From contig NC_081362.1 in the NCBI RefSeq assembly GCF_030684315.1, positions 96,269,187-96,333,186 on the forward strand: DNA of 64,000 nt. Direction: 5' to 3'. Within the stretch, counting starts at the first letter, position 1. Each line of letters starts with the position of its first letter. The notes below the pieces were generated by a model. The model saw nothing but the letters and a program-made list of their open reading frames with translations. It did no database searches and was not told the origin of the DNA. Shown piece after piece: positions 39,782 to 53,398 of this stretch. The stretch comes from Stegostoma tigrinum (Eukaryota). The position numbers and the translations under genes are program-made.

Positions 39782-41125
39782 AACTTGGACACCTGGGATG
39801 TGTGGGAGTGGAATGCCTCATCCATCCCCTATTCCCAATTCCTCCGCCTCCGCCGCATCTGCTCCCACGATGAGGCATTCCACTCCCGCTCATCCCAGAT
39901 GTCCAAGTTTTTCAAGGACCGCAACTTTCCCCCCGCAGTGGTCGAGAACATCCTTGACCGCGTCTCCCGCATTTCCCACAACACATCTCTCACACCCCGC
40001 CCCCGCCACAACTGCCCAAAGAGGATCCCCCTCGTTCTCACATACCACCCCACCAACCTCCGGATACAACGCATCATCCTCCGACACTTCCGCCATCTAC
40101 AATCCGACCCCACCACCCAAGACATATTTCCAAACCCACCCTTGTCTGCTTTCTGGAGAGACCACTCTCTCCGTGACTCCCTTGTGCGCCCCACACTGCC
40201 CTCCAACCCCACCACACCTGGCATCTTCCCCCGCAACCGCAGAAAATGCTACACTTGCCCCCACACCTCCTCCCTCACCCCTATCCCAGGCCCCAAGATG
40301 ACTTTCCATATTAAGCAGAGGTTCACCTGCACATCTGCCAATGTGGTATACTGCACCCATTGTACCCGGTGTGGCTTCCTCTACATTGGGGAAACCATCG
40401 GAGGCTTGAGGACCGCTTTGCAGAACACCTCCGCTCGGTTCGCAATAAACAACTGCACCTCCCAGTCGCGAACCATTTCAACTCCCCCTCCCATTCTTTA
40501 GATGACATGTCCATCATGGGCCTCCTGCAGTGCCACAATGATGCCACCCGAAGGTTGCAGGAACAGCAACTCATATTCCGCTTGGGAACCCTGCAGCCCA
40601 ATGGTATCAATGTGGACTTCACCAGCTTCAAAATCTCCCCTTCCTCCACTGCATCCCAAAACCAGCCCAGCTCTTCCCCTCCCCCACCGCATCCCAAAAC
40701 CAGCCAGTTTGTCCCCTTGCCCCCACTGCACCACACAACCAGCCCAGCTCTTCCCCTCCCCCCCACTGCATCCCAAAACCAGCCCAGCCTGTCTCTGCCT
40801 CCCTAACCTGTTCTTCCTCTCACCCATCCCTTCCTCCCACCCCAAGCCGCACCTCCATTTCCTACCTACTAACCTCATCCCACTTCCTTGACCTGTCCGC
40901 CTTCCCTGGACTGACCCATCCCGTCCCTACCTCCCCACCTATATTCTCCTCTCCACCTATCTTCTTTTCTCTCCATCTTCGGTCCGCCTCCCCCTTTCTC
41001 CCTATTTATTCCAGAACCCTCACCCCATCCCCCTCTCTGATGAAGGGTCTATGCCCGAAACGTCAGCTTTTGTGCTCCTGAGATGCTGCTTGGCCTGCTG
41101 TGTTCATCCAGCTTCACACTTTATT
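39782..41125 (+). mobile_element. Penelope-like element, 5'-truncated with short 5' inversion
   Basis: GIY-YIG ORFs 39785-40501 and 40360-40806. 39782-39820 is the reverse complement of ~39870-39909. Confidence 0.9.
41033..41067 (+). ncRNA. Minimal hammerhead ribozyme motif in Penelope tail
   Basis: CTGATGA-agggtctatgccc-GAAACGTC core. Similar motifs at 6440-6473(-), 58818-58850(-), 43617-43656(+) and 55968-56005(-). Confidence 0.55.
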
Positions 41126-41194
41126 ACACTGGGGTTTATCACTGCTCAGCCTGGGGAAATGTCCCTGCTGGAGGAAGCCATCTCATTGTAAACA
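41126..41194 (+). pseudogene. Gene B V exon 2, 3' remnant only
   Basis: TGVYHCSAWGNVPAGGSHLIVN + A|gtaagt, followed by the intronic block shared with the other V exons. The 5' part is replaced by a Penelope-like element ending at ~41125. Confidence 0.75.
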
Positions 41195-42099
41195 GTAAGT
41201 ACAGTTTACATGTTAATCACCTCCAGTCTGTGAATGAATTGGAGATCAGTTTGTTATCAAGAAATCTAAGGAGATGATAGAGAGATGGAGAGTGATATCA
41301 GAGATGGAATCACTGTGAGCAATAAGGTCGGTTCAGGTTCAGTAATTCCCTAAATTTGCCTCTGTCTGCAGTTAACCCCAGGCATCATCTATGGGTGTTA
41401 GTGCCAAGTGGCTGCTTGCTGAGCTGAAGGGAGAGTAGAAACAGCCTTGGGATGATTGGTGGAGGTGGAGGGACAGTGCAGTAATGGGGCAAATGGAAAG
41501 GTTGAGCAGGTTTTTGAGGGTGAATTAACAATGGCAAGATGTTTGGGAATGTTGCCCTGGGGACACAACAGAGATGATCAGAGTCTCGAGGCGATATGAC
41601 TGGTGCTGAGAGGAAACTGAGAAGGGGATCAGTCAGAGGGGTATGCTGAGAGAGCAGTGCCTGAGTCTGCAGTGTGAGTAATGTTTCAGTTTCATTCAAG
41701 TTTGTCGGGGGTGGGTGGGCGCAGCATCTTCCTCTCTAGAACATGGAACATCAAACTTAGAACGTGGAATTGTTAAACAAAGGAGCAGCACAGAAGTTAT
41801 AACCACGACAATGTTAATTCAGAGACTTGGGTTTGAAAATCACCATGGCAGATGGTGGAATTTGAATTCAACAAAAACAATCTGGAATTAAGGTTCTAAT
41901 AATGATCGTGAATCATTATTGATTATCAGAAAACAAAAATTCATCTCATTTACTGTGTCCTTTAGGGATGGAAACTGCCACTTTTACCTGATCTAGCCTG
42001 CATGTGACTCCAGAGCCTCTCGACTTCGGTTGTGACTTAACTGCTCTCTGGGCATTAAATGCTGGCTGAACCAGGAAGGTCTTCATCCATGAGTGAATT

Positions 42100-44380
42100 A
42101 TAAAAGGGCCTTCAGCCCATCATATCTGTGCCAATCATGACGACATTCTAAACTCATCCCATCAGCCTACACATTGTCCATATCCCTCTATTCTCAGCCT
42201 GTTCATGCCTGTGTCTAAATGCTTCTTAAGCATTGCTATCTTATCTCTTCTACCACCTACCTTCGCAGCACATTCCTCTGTGTAAAACATTTGCCATGAG
42301 TATCTCCTTTAAGCATTTCCCATCTCACCTTAAATATATGCCCCCTGTATCTGATCTTTCCACAATGTAAATAAAGACTCTGACTGCCCATGCCGCTCAT
42401 ACTTTATAAACTTCTATCAGATCGTACCTCAGTCTCCAATGCTCTAGCAGAAACAATCTGAGTTTGTCCACCCTCTCCTTACAGACTAATGCACTTCAAT
42501 CCTGCCAACATCCTGGTAAACATCTTTTGCACCCTCTCCAAAGCCTCCATATCCTTCTTATAGTGTGACAACCAGAACTGCAGTCTGTATTTCAAATGGA
42601 GTCAAACAAAACTTTTATATAGCTGCAACATTACTTACCAGCTTTCAATGCCCTGACCCATGAAGGCAGGCATGCCGTGTGCCTTCTTTACCATGTTATC
42701 CACTTATTTGCCACTTTCAGGGATCTATGGACTTGCATCCTAAGGTCCCTCTGTATGTCAATGCCTGAAGGGTACAGCCATTTAATGTATACTTTTCCTC
42801 TTACATTTGACCTCTCAAACTGCATCACCTCACATTTGGCCAGATTAAACTCCATGTTCTGTTTCTCTGCCCGATATTCCAAAGGAGCTATATCCTGCTG
42901 CATCCTTTGTGTGTCCCTGCGCACACACTGCAGCACAGAGGAACTACGAAGAGCTGAAGAAAATCACCAGTACAACATATTCAAAAAGAACAGGTACCCA
43001 ATGAACACAGTCCGCCGATTTCTCAGCAACAAACCCAAACAAACAGACAAAACGGGCCCAGAACCATAACCACTCTCCCCTACATCAAAGACATTTCCGA
43101 AATGACTGCCAGACTACTCGGACCTCTTGACATCAGGGTAGCCCACAAACCCACCAACACACTAAACAGCAGCTCATGAACTTAAAAGACTCTATACAGA
43201 CAAAAAGCAAATCAAAGTCATCTACAAAATACCTTGCAAGAACTGTGACAAACACTACATTGGACAAACTGGCAGAAAGATAGCCACCAGGATACATGAA
43301 CATCAACTAGCCACAAAACGACATGACCCACTATCACTAGTATCCTTACATACAGATGAGGAAGGACACCACATTGATTGGGACAACACATCCATCCTAT
43401 GACAAGCCAAGCAGAGACACGCACGAGAATTCCTAGAAGCATGGCATTCCAACCGGAACTCCATCAACAAGCACATTGATTTGGAGCCCATCTACCATCC
43501 TCTGAGAAAAAGAACAGGAAATGACATCACCAATGCGGGAAATGACATCACCAACCCAAGGAAACCTAAACAGATAAGTAGAAAGCGGGACATAACACCA
43601 GCGCTTCGTCGGAGGCTCACTGATGATGTTACCTAGAATGGTGATGAAACGTCTGAAAACTAACCTTCCAGCTCAGCGAGCAAACTCACATCCAAAACAT
43701 TAGAGGTCCCAGTACTTATCCTTGTGGAACACCACTGGTCACAGACCTCCAGATAGGAAAACACCTTCTTTCACCAAGCCAATTCTGTATTCAACTTACC
43801 ATGGATCCCATGTGACTCAATCAGCCCAACATTAGAGGCATTGTCAAATGTTTCAGTAACAACTGTGCAGACAACATCCACTACTCTATCCTCATCAACA
43901 CCCACTACTCCCACTCCATGGAGACTCTTTGTGTCATTCTCACTTCTTGCCTTCCCATTTATTTTTGTGCCATTTACAAACTTGGCTGCCATAGACTCAC
44001 TAACCTTATCAAGTCATTGATATATATTGTCAATAATTGTGGTCCCAGCACTGAGCCCTGTGGCAGGTCACAAATTATGGGTTACTATCCTAAAAATGCC
44101 ACCTTTATCCCAACCCTCTGTCATCGTTTAGTTCGCCACTTGTCTATCCATACTACCTGCAACACCAAGGAATCTCAACTTATTCAGTAGCCTAATGTGT
44201 GGTGCCTTATCAAAAACATTTTGAAAATCCAAATGCTTTACATTGACTGGATTCCCTTTATCTATCCTGCTTCTTACCTCATCAAAAAATCCCAGTCAAT
44301 TTCTGTGACATTATTTATCCTTAATGACATCATTATGATTCTGTTGGATCATATTTTATATTTCTAAATGTTCTACTGAT
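42100..44380 (-). mobile_element. CR1 fragments interrupted by a second Penelope family
   Basis: MEFNLAKCEV and KFVNGTKI motifs on the minus strand. Confidence 0.7.
42920..43700 (+). mobile_element. Penelope-like element, second family (3' part)
   Basis: VIYKIPCKNCDKHYIGQTGRKIATRIHEH GIY-YIG motif at ~43215-43305; hammerhead-like tail at 43617-43656. Confidence 0.85.
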
Positions 44381-44470
44381 ACCATCGTCATCACCATCAC
44401 TATCAGCATCATCGTCATCACCATCACCATCACCATCTTCACTATCTCCGTTATTATTATTGCTGCTATT
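44380..44470. repeat. Degenerate (CAT/CAC)n trinucleotide repeat
   Basis: accatcgtcatcaccatcactatcagcatcatcgtcatcaccatcaccatcaccatc. Confidence 0.8.
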
Positions 44471-44948
44471 ACTGGGAGGGAGCTGCCTCCTTTACTCCTG
44501 CAGCCCATGTGCTGTGGGTTTACCCACAATGCTCTCAGGGAGGAAATTCTAGGATTTTGACTGAGTGACAGAGAAAAAATGGTGATGTATTTCCAAGTCA
44601 GGATGGGGAGTGGTTTAGGGGTGAAGAACTTGTAGGGGATAGTGTTCCTATGTGTCTGGTGCCGTTGTCCTTCTAGAAATTGGCACGTCCAAAATGTTGA
44701 TGAGTTTCTGAGGGAAATTAAGAAGTATGATTTAGCATCATATTATTTATTTAATTATTTCGATTTCTGTCAATGGATTTTATTTTATGTGAATCAGTCA
44801 CAGATGTAGCTCATTAATTTAGTGTAACAGTGTGTTCTTTCTGTTTAACTGAAAACCCCTGCTACCCTGTCAGATCCTTTCAATACAGCAATATGGAGAA
44901 TCTGCCCTTATGGAAATAAACTTATTATTATTATCTTTCCCTTTAAAG

Positions 44949-45293
44949 GTATCACTGGCCTGGCCCTTCTCCAATCTCTGAGGCTGGAACAAGCCACCGA
45001 GGGTCACACTGCCCAGTTACAGTGCACCATGAGGAATGCCGCAGTGACACACATCGATGTTCATTAGTACTGGCTGTCCCTGGACCAAATTATGAAGCAG
45101 ATTTTAACACATCCGAGAAGTGGCTCCACACAATGGAGCCTAGGATTCACTGAGAGATTCCAGCCTTCCAGAGAGTCTTCCAATAACAGCTTCATTCTGA
45201 CTATCACAAACGTACAGCCCAATGACACTGGGGTCTATTACTGCTCAGTGCAGGGAAGGATCTACGGGAGAGGAATCCTGCTAAATATCACCA
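44949..45293 (+). pseudogene. Gene B V exon 3: full-length VJ-type V exon with one nonsense codon
   Basis: ccctttaaag|GT...ACC A|gtaagt, 345 bp. Reads GITGLALLQSLRLEQATEGHTAQLQCTMRNAAVTHIDVH*YW...FILTITNVQPNDTGVYYCSVQGRIYGRGILLNIT. TAG at 45065-45067 replaces the conserved Trp. J-like YGRG motif. Confidence 0.85.
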
Positions 45294-45850
45294 GTAAGTA
45301 GAGATAACATCCTCCAGCAAAACCAGCTAGCCCAATGAATGAATTGGAGATATGTTTGTGATCAAGTCGATTGAGGAGGTGATGGACAGTGATTTCAGGG
45401 ATGGATTCACTGTGGGGAGGAAGCTGAGCTCAAGTTCAGCAATTGTTTCATTTGTTTTGTGAGATGTGGGTGTCAGCTTGGCCAGCATTTATTGCCCACC
45501 CTTATTGCGCTTGAGAAGGTGGCAGTGAACAGCTTTCTTGCGCCACTGCAGTGACCCATTGGTTTCCATTCCTGGTTTTAGATTTGGCTCCTACGCAGAC
45601 CCTGTTAAATGGTTCTTCAAAAGCTGTGATCAAAATCAAAGGTGAAGTTTTAATTCAGGTTTGGGGATCCCCTAAGTCCTGATATGGACCAGCTTGTCTG
45701 GTAAAATTTAACATCTTTACATAATCCTGACCAAGAAAAATGTTGCAATATTTTAGATTGTTTGCTGCTTATCTGTAAATGTTTGCCATTGTAATTTCAT
45801 GAGCTAATTTGTAATATTTCATTCTGATCCTCGGGTTGAGCAATTTACAT

Positions 45851-46170
45851 GGTGGCAAGGTGGCACAGCGGTTAGCACTGCTGCCTCACAGCACCTCGAA
45901 CCTGGTTTTGATTCCACCCTCAGGAAATTGCTTGTGTGGAGTTTGCACATACTCCCAGTGTGTGTGTGGGTTTCGTCCGATTTCCTCCCACAGTCCAAAG
46001 ATATGCAGGTTAGGTGGATTGGCCATGCTAAATTCCCCATAGTATTCAAGGCTGTGTAGATTAGGTGGGTTTACGGGGTAATGGGGCTGCGTGGGATGCT
46101 CTGAGAGTCAGTGTGGACTCATTGGGCCGAAGTGCCTGTTTCCAAACTGTAGGGATTCTACGATTCTATG
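45851..46170 (+). mobile_element. tRNA-derived SINE
   Basis: ggtggcacagcggttagcactgctgcctcacagc head; gattcta tail. Confidence 0.8.
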
Positions 46171-46320
46171 ACCTGGTGGACCTCTGTCCATTCCTCATCT
46201 CCTGGTATTTGGGGAAGGCTTTATTTCATCAATAATACTTTGTCTTTCAAGTAATAACACTCTGGGACTGCTTATGATTCCAATTCTGAGGAGGCTGTTT
46301 TATAAAACTGTACCAATTCA

Positions 46321-48465
46321 GGATAATAAAGTGTGAAGCTGGATGAACACAGCAGGCCAAGCAGCATCTCAGGAGCACAAAAGCTGACGTTTTGGGCCTA
46401 GACCCTTCATCAGAGAGGGGGATGGGGTGAGGGTTCTGGAATAAATAGGGAGAGAGGGGGAGGCGGACCGAAGATGGAGAGAAAAGAAGATAGGTGGAGA
46501 GGAGAGTATAGGTTGGGAGGTAGGGAGGGGGTAGGTCAGTCCAGGGAAGACGGACAGGCCAAGGAGGTGGGATGAGGTTAGTAGGTAGGAGATGGAGGTG
46601 CGGCTTGGGGTGGGAGGAAGGGATCGGTGAGAGGAAGAACAGGTTAGGGAGGCAGAGACAGGCTGGACTGGTTTTGGGATGCAGTGGGTGGGGAGGAAGA
46701 GCTGGGCTGGTTGTGTGGTGCAGTGGGGGGAGGGGACGAACTGGGCTGGTTTTGGGATGCGGTGGGGGAAGGGGAGATTTTGAAACTGGTGAAGTCCACA
46801 TTGATACCATTGGGCTGCAGGGTTCCCAATATGAGTTGCTGTTCCTGCAACCTTCGGGTGGCATCATTGTGGCACTGCAGGAGGCCCATGATGGACATGT
46901 CATCTAAAGAATGGGAGGGGGACTGGAAATGGTTTGCGACTGGGAGGTGCAGTTGTTTATTGCGAACCGAGCGGAGGTGTTCTGCAAAGCGGTCCCCAAG
47001 CCTCCGCTTGGTTTCCCCAATGTAGAGGAAGCCGCACCGGGTACAGTGGATGCAGTATGCCACATTGGCAGATGTGCAGGTGAACCTCTGCTTAATGTGG
47101 AAAGCCATCTTGGGGCCTGGGATAGGGATGAGGGAGGAGGTGTTGGGGCAAGTGTAGCATTTCCTGCGGTTGCAGAGGAAGGTGCCGGGTGTGGTGGGGT
47201 TGGAGAGCAGTGTGGAGTGAACAAGGGAGTCAAGGAGAGAGTGGTCTCTCTGGAAAGCAGACAAAGATGGGGGTGGAAAAATGTCTTGGGTGGTGGGGTC
47301 GGATTGTAGATGGCGGAAGTGTTGGAGGATGATGCGCCGTATCCGGAGGTTGGTGGGGTGGTGTGCGAGAACGAGGGGGTTCCTCTTTGGGCGGTTGTGG
47401 CGGGGGCGGGGTGTGAGGGATGTGTTGCGGGAAATGCGGGAGACGCGGTCAAGGGCGTTCTCGACCACTGTGTGGGGAAAGTTGCGGTCCTTGAAGAACT
47501 TAGACATCTGGGATATGCGGGAGTGGAATGCCTCATCGTGGGAGCAGATGCGGCGAAAGCGGAGGAATTAGGAATAGGGGATGGAATTTTTGCAGGAGGG
47601 TGGGTGGGAGGAGGTGTATTCTAGGTAGCTGCGGGAGTCGGTGGGCTTGAAATGGACATCAGTTACAACCTGGTTGCCTGAGATGCAGACTGAGAGGTCC
47701 AGGAAGGTGAGGGATGTGCTGGAGATGGCTCAGGTGAACTGAAGGTTGGGGTGGAAGGTGTTGGTGAACTGGATGAACTGTTCGAGCTCCTCTGAGGAGC
47801 AAGAGGCGGCGCCGATACAGTCATCAATGTAACGGAGGAAGAGGTGGGGTTTGGGGCCTGTGTAGGTGCGGAAGAGGGACTGTTCCACGTAACCTACAAA
47901 GAGGCAGGCATAGCTGGGGCCCATGCGGGTACCCATGCCCACCCCCTTGGTCTGTAGGAAGTGGGAGGAATCGAAAGAGAAGTTGTTGAGGGTGAGGACG
48001 AGTTCGGCTAGGCAGATGAGGGTGTCGGTGGAGGGAGACTGGTCGGGCCTGCGGGACAGGAAGAAGCGGAGGGCCTTGAGGCCATCTGCATGCGGAGTAC
48101 AGGTGTATAGGGACTGGACGTCCATGGTGAAAATGAGGTGTTGGGGGCCAGGATATTGGAAGTCCTGGTGGAGGTGGAGGGCGTGTGTGGTGTCTTGGAC
48201 GTAGGTAGGGAGTTCCTGGACCAAAGGGGAGAAAATGGAGTTCAGATAGGTGGAGATGAGTTCGGCGGGGCAGGAACAGGCTAAGACAATGGGTCGACCA
48301 GGGGAGGCAGGTTTGTGGATTTTGGGAAGGAGATAGAAACGGGCCGTGCCGGGTTGGGGAACAATAAGGTTGGAGGCTGTGGGTGGGAGGTCCCCTGAGG
48401 TGATGAGGTCATGAATGGTGTTGGAGATGATGGTTTGTGTGCTCGGGGGTGGGGTCATGATCAAG
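46321..48465 (-). mobile_element. Penelope-like element with RT and GIY-YIG
   Basis: ORF 47730-48491 (LPKIHK, MDVQSLY, GVGMGT, RYIDD) and ORF 46644-47507 (YIGETKRRLGDRFAEH). Confidence 0.92.
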
Positions 48466-48769
48466 ATCCAGTTTCTTGTATTTATGTTCAAGAAGATATT
48501 GTGAACATATCAGCCGAATTCTCTTTGTCTTCATTCTTTTCAGCTGCATTTTTGAACATTGATTCTGGTAACAGAAATCCCAAACCTGTTAAATTGACTC
48601 CTTTTCCCATGGGCATACCTCTATGAACCCGACATGCCTCCTTGATTTGAACATGAAGGAAACAGCTTTACTTTTGAGGCTGAATTCTCAGAACCTCAAG
48701 TGGTCTGAATTTATTAAAAGAATTTTTTTCAATGATTTTATGTGGCTTTATTTCTAAGAATAGGCTTTA

Positions 48770-51700
48770 AGGAAGGATGTGCTGACAGTGGAGTGGGTCC
48801 AGAGAAGGCAAGCAGTATGTTGGCCTCCATTGTGAGAGATTTCAAATCGAGGAGCAAGGATAGAACATAGAACAGAGAACATAGAACATGACATGTTAAG
48901 AAAGCATATGGTGTTTTGGCTTTCATTAACAGGGGGATTGAGTTTAAGAGTCGTGAGATCTTGTTGCAGCTCTATAAAACTTTGGTTAGACCGCACTTGG
49001 AATACTGCGTCCAGTTCTGGGCGCCCTATTATAGGAAAGATGTGGATGCTTTGGAGAGGGTTCAGAGGAGGTTTACCAGGATGCTGCCTGGACTGGAGGG
49101 CTTATCTTATGAAGAGAGGTTGACTGAGCTCGGTCTCTTTTCATTGGAGAAAAGGAGGAGGAGAGGTGACCTAATTGAGGTATACAAGATAATGAGAGGC
49201 ATGGATAGAGTTGATAGCCAGAGACTATTTCCCAGGGCAGAAATGGCTAGCACGAGGGGTCATAGTTTTAAGCTGGTTGGTGGAAAGTATAGAGGGGATG
49301 TCAGAGGCAGGTTCTTTACGCAGAGAGTTGTGAGAGCATGGAATGCGTTGCCAGCAGCAGTTGTGGAAGCAAGGTCATTGGGGTCATTCAAGAGACTGCT
49401 GGACATGCATATGGTCACAGAAATTTGAGGGTGCATACATGAGGATCAATGGTCGGCACAACATTGTGGGCTGAAGGGCCTGTTCTGTGCTGTGCTGTTC
49501 TATGACAGGACAGTACAATCCTGTTGGCCCTCGATGTTGTGCCGACCTGTCATACCGATCTCAACCCATCTCACCGACCCTATTCCATGTACGTCCATAT
49601 GCTTGTCCAATGACGACTCAAATGTACCTAAAGTTGGCGACTTTACTACCATTGCAGGCAAAGCGTTCCATTCACTTACTACTCTCTGAGTAAAGAAACT
49701 ACCTCTGTCATCTGTCCTATATCTTTCACCCCTCAATTTAAAGCTATGTCCCCTCGTGCTCGCCGTCACCATCCTCAGAAAAAGGGTCTCCCTATCCACC
49801 TTATCTAACCCTCTGATTATTTTATATGTTCCAATTAAGCCACCTCTCAACCTTCTTCTCTCCAATGAAAACAGCCTCAAGTCCCTCAGCCTTTCCTCGT
49901 AAGACATTCCCTCCATACCAGGCAACATCCTAGTAAATCTCCTCTGCACCCTTTCCAAAGCTTCCACATCCTTCTTATAATGCGGTGACCAGAACTGTAC
50001 ACAATACTCCAAGTGCGGCCGCACCAGAGTTTTGTACAGCTTCACCATAACCTCTTGGTTCCAGTACTCGATCCCTCTATTAATAAAAGCTAAAACACTG
50101 TAAGCCTTCTTAAGAGCCCTGTCAACCTGGGTGGCAACTTTCAAGGATCTGTGTACATGGACACCGAGATCTCTCTGCTCATCTACACGGCTAAGAATCT
50201 TACCATTAGCCCTGTACTTTGCCTTCCGGTTACACCTACCAAAGTGCCTCACCTCACACTTGTCTGCATTAAACTCCATTTGCCACCTCTCAGCCCAGCT
50301 CTGCAGCTTATCTATGTCTCTCTGCAACCTACAGCATCCTTCGTCACTATCCACAACTCCACCGACCTTAGTGTCGTCTGCAAATTTACTAACCCATCCT
50401 TCTACGCCCTCATCCAGGTCATTTATAAAAATGACAAACAGCAGTGGACCCAACACCGACCCTTGCGGTACACCACTAGTAACTGGTCTCCAGGATGAAC
50501 ATTTCCCATCAACTTCCACCCTCTGTCTTCTTTCAGCAAGCCAATTTCCAATCCAAGATAATAAAATGTGAGGCTGGATGAACACAGCGAGCCCAGCAGC
50601 ATCTCAGGAGCACAAAAGCTGACGTTTCAGGCCTCGACCCTTCACAATCCAACCTGCTATATCTCCCACAATTCCATTCCTCCACATTTTGTACAATAGC
50701 CTATTGTGGGGAACCTTATCGAACGCCTTGCTGAAATCCATATACACCACATCAACCGGTTTACTCTCATCTACTGTTTGGTCACCTTCTCAAAGAACTC
50801 AATAAGGTTTGTGAGGCACGACCTTCCCTTCACAGAACCGTGCTGACTATCCCTAATCAATTTATTCTTTTCTAGATGATTCTAAATCCTATCCCTTATA
50901 ACCTTTTCCAACACTTTACCAACAACTGAGGTAAGGCTCACTGGTCTATAATTACCAGGGTTTTCTCTACTCCCCTTCTTGAACAGGGGAACCACATTTG
51001 CTATCCTCCAGTCATCTGGCACTATTCCTGTAGACAATGACGAGTTAAAGATCAATGCCAAAGGCTCGCAATCTCGCTAAAGATCAATGGCAAAGGCTCG
51101 GCAATCTAGTTGTGTTGTTGCAGTTGTACAGGGCCTTGGTGAGACCACACCGGGAATATTGTATGCAGTTTTGGTCTCCTTTACTGTGGAAGAATGCTCT
51201 TGCTCTTGAGGGGTTGCAGCAAAGGTTTACCAGGTTGATTCTGGGGATGGTGGGTCTGACATATGAGGAGATACTGACTAGTTTTGGATTGTTTTTGCTG
51301 GAGCTCAGACAAATGAGGGGGTATCTCAAAGACACTTATTAAATTCTAGCAGGACTGGACAGGGTAGATGCAGGGAAGATGTCGCCAAGAATGGTCATGT
51401 CCAGAACCACGGATTACAGTATGACGATTCAGGATCTAGAACATAGAACATTACAGCACAGTACAGGTCCTTTGGCCCTCGAAGTTGTGCCCACCTGTCA
51501 TACCGTTCTGAATCCCATCTAACCTACACTATTCCATGTACGTCCATATGCTTATCCAATGACGACTTAAATGTACCTGAAGTTAGCAAATCTACTACCG
51601 TTCCAAGCAAAGCGTTCCATTCCCTTACTACTCTCTGAGTAAGAAACCACCTCTGACATCTGTCCTATATCTTTTACCCCTCAATTTAAAGCTATGCCCC

Positions 51701-52920
51701 CTCATGCTCGCCGTCGCCATCCTAGGAAAAAGGCTCTCCCTATCCACCCTATCTAACCCACTGATTATTTTATATGTTTCATTTAAGTCACCTCTCAACC
51801 TTCTTCTCTCTAATGAAAACAGCCTCAAATCCCTCAGCCTTTCCTCGTTAGACCTTCCCTCCATACCAGGCAACATCCTAGTATATCTCTTCTGCACCAT
51901 TTCCAAAGCTTCCACTTCCTTCTTATAATGCGGTGACCAGAACTGTACGCAATAGGATAGACCATTTAGAACAGAGATGTGGACGCATTTCTTCACCCAA
52001 AGAGTGGTGAGCCTTTGGATTTCATTACCACAGGAAGTAGTTAATGTCAACATATTGCCACAGAGTGCGTGGAGGCCGGGACATTGGATGCCTTCAAGGC
52101 AGAGATCAACAAATTCTTGATCTCAGAAGGAATCAAGGGCTATGGGGAGAGTGCAGGGAAGTGGAGTTGAAATGCCCATCAGCCATGATTTAAACGGCGG
52201 AGTGGACTTGATGGACCGAATGGCCTTACTTCCACTCCTATGTTTTATGGTCTTATGGTCTAAAACATTGAATGTATTCCAGAGGTGACTAGATATATCG
52301 CTTGCGGTGATCAGGATAAAAGATTATGGGGTGAAAGGAGGATTATGCTATTGAGTTGGATGATCTGCCATGATCATGATGAATGGCAGAACAGGCACAA
52401 AGGGCCAAATGGCCTCCCCCTGCTCCCATCTTCTAAGTTTCTATGTTCACATTGATGACCAGGGGGATGAAGGGAATATCACATGAAGAGCAGTTGAGGA
52501 CTCTGATTCTATGTTGGATGGAGTTTAGAAGGCTGAGGTGTGATCTGATTGAAACCTACAGAATACTGGGAGTCCTGGATAGAGTTGTCATGGAGAATAT
52601 ATTCCCACATGTAGGAGAGACCGTGGCCTGAGAGCACTGTCTCAGTGTGAAGGGATGACCCTTTATATTTGAGATAAGGAGGAATTTCTTCAGCTAGAAG
52701 CTGGTGAATCTGTGAAACTTATAGCCACAGAAATCTGTGGAGGCCAAGTCATGAAGTATATTTAAGGGAGAGAGTGAAAGATTCTTGATCAGTTAGGGTA
52801 TCAAGTATTTCAGGGACAAGGCAGGAGAATGGAGTTGAGAATCATATGATCCCCTGTTGGATAGCAAAGCAGACTTGAGAGGTTGAATGGTCTAATTCTG
52901 CCCCTTCATTTGGTGGCCTG
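48770..52920. mobile_element. Cluster of nested CR1 LINE pieces in both orientations
   Basis: Plus 48893-49503, minus 49500-51075 (361-aa RT ORF), minus 51438-51952, plus 52035-52262, all within an older plus-strand CR1. Confidence 0.88.
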
Positions 52921-53060
52921 ATGGTCCAAAATCTCTTGTTTGTTTTGAGTAATTAACCTCTGATTAATATTTACATTCTGTTCTTTATTTATGACTCCAA
53001 ACCGAAGTTCTTCAGGAAATTCAGACTAGTTTTAATTTATTCACCCTTTTTACCCTAAAG

Positions 53061-53398
53061 GTGAACATGTCCCAGTCCTTCTCCAGTCCCCGAGCCTAGA
53101 ACGTGCCACTGAGGGTTACAGTGCTCAGTTACAGTGCACCATGAGGAACGTCGCAGTGACACACACTGATGTTCACTGGCATCGGGAGCAACCAGAGAAT
53201 AACATGGAGTGACAAATGATGTGAGGAACACCACACAATGAAGCCCAGGATTCATTGAGCGATTCCAATCTTCCAGAGACCCCTCCAAGAACAGCTTCAT
53301 ACTGACCATCACAAATATGCAGCCAAATGACACTAGGGTCTACTGCTGTAATGTGTGGGGAGATATCAGTGGGAATGGATCCCAGCTGACTGTGATGG
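53061..53398 (+). pseudogene. Gene B V exon 4: VJ-type V exon with 7-bp deletion and stop
   Basis: taccctaaag|GT...ATG G|gtatgt, 338 bp (345-7). Reads GEHVPVLLQSPSLERATEGYSAQLQCTMRNVAVTHTDVHW..[frameshift ~53210]..TQ*SPGFIERFQSSRDPSKNSFILTITNMQPNDTRVYCCNVWGDISGNGSQLTVM. Confidence 0.85.

Noticed and set aside
46247-47624. Overlapping Pro/Ser-rich and antisense ORFs (also at 6.6-8.4, 39.8-40.9 and 59-60.5 kb)
   Set aside because: Alternative frames of the C-rich Penelope sequence, not host genes.
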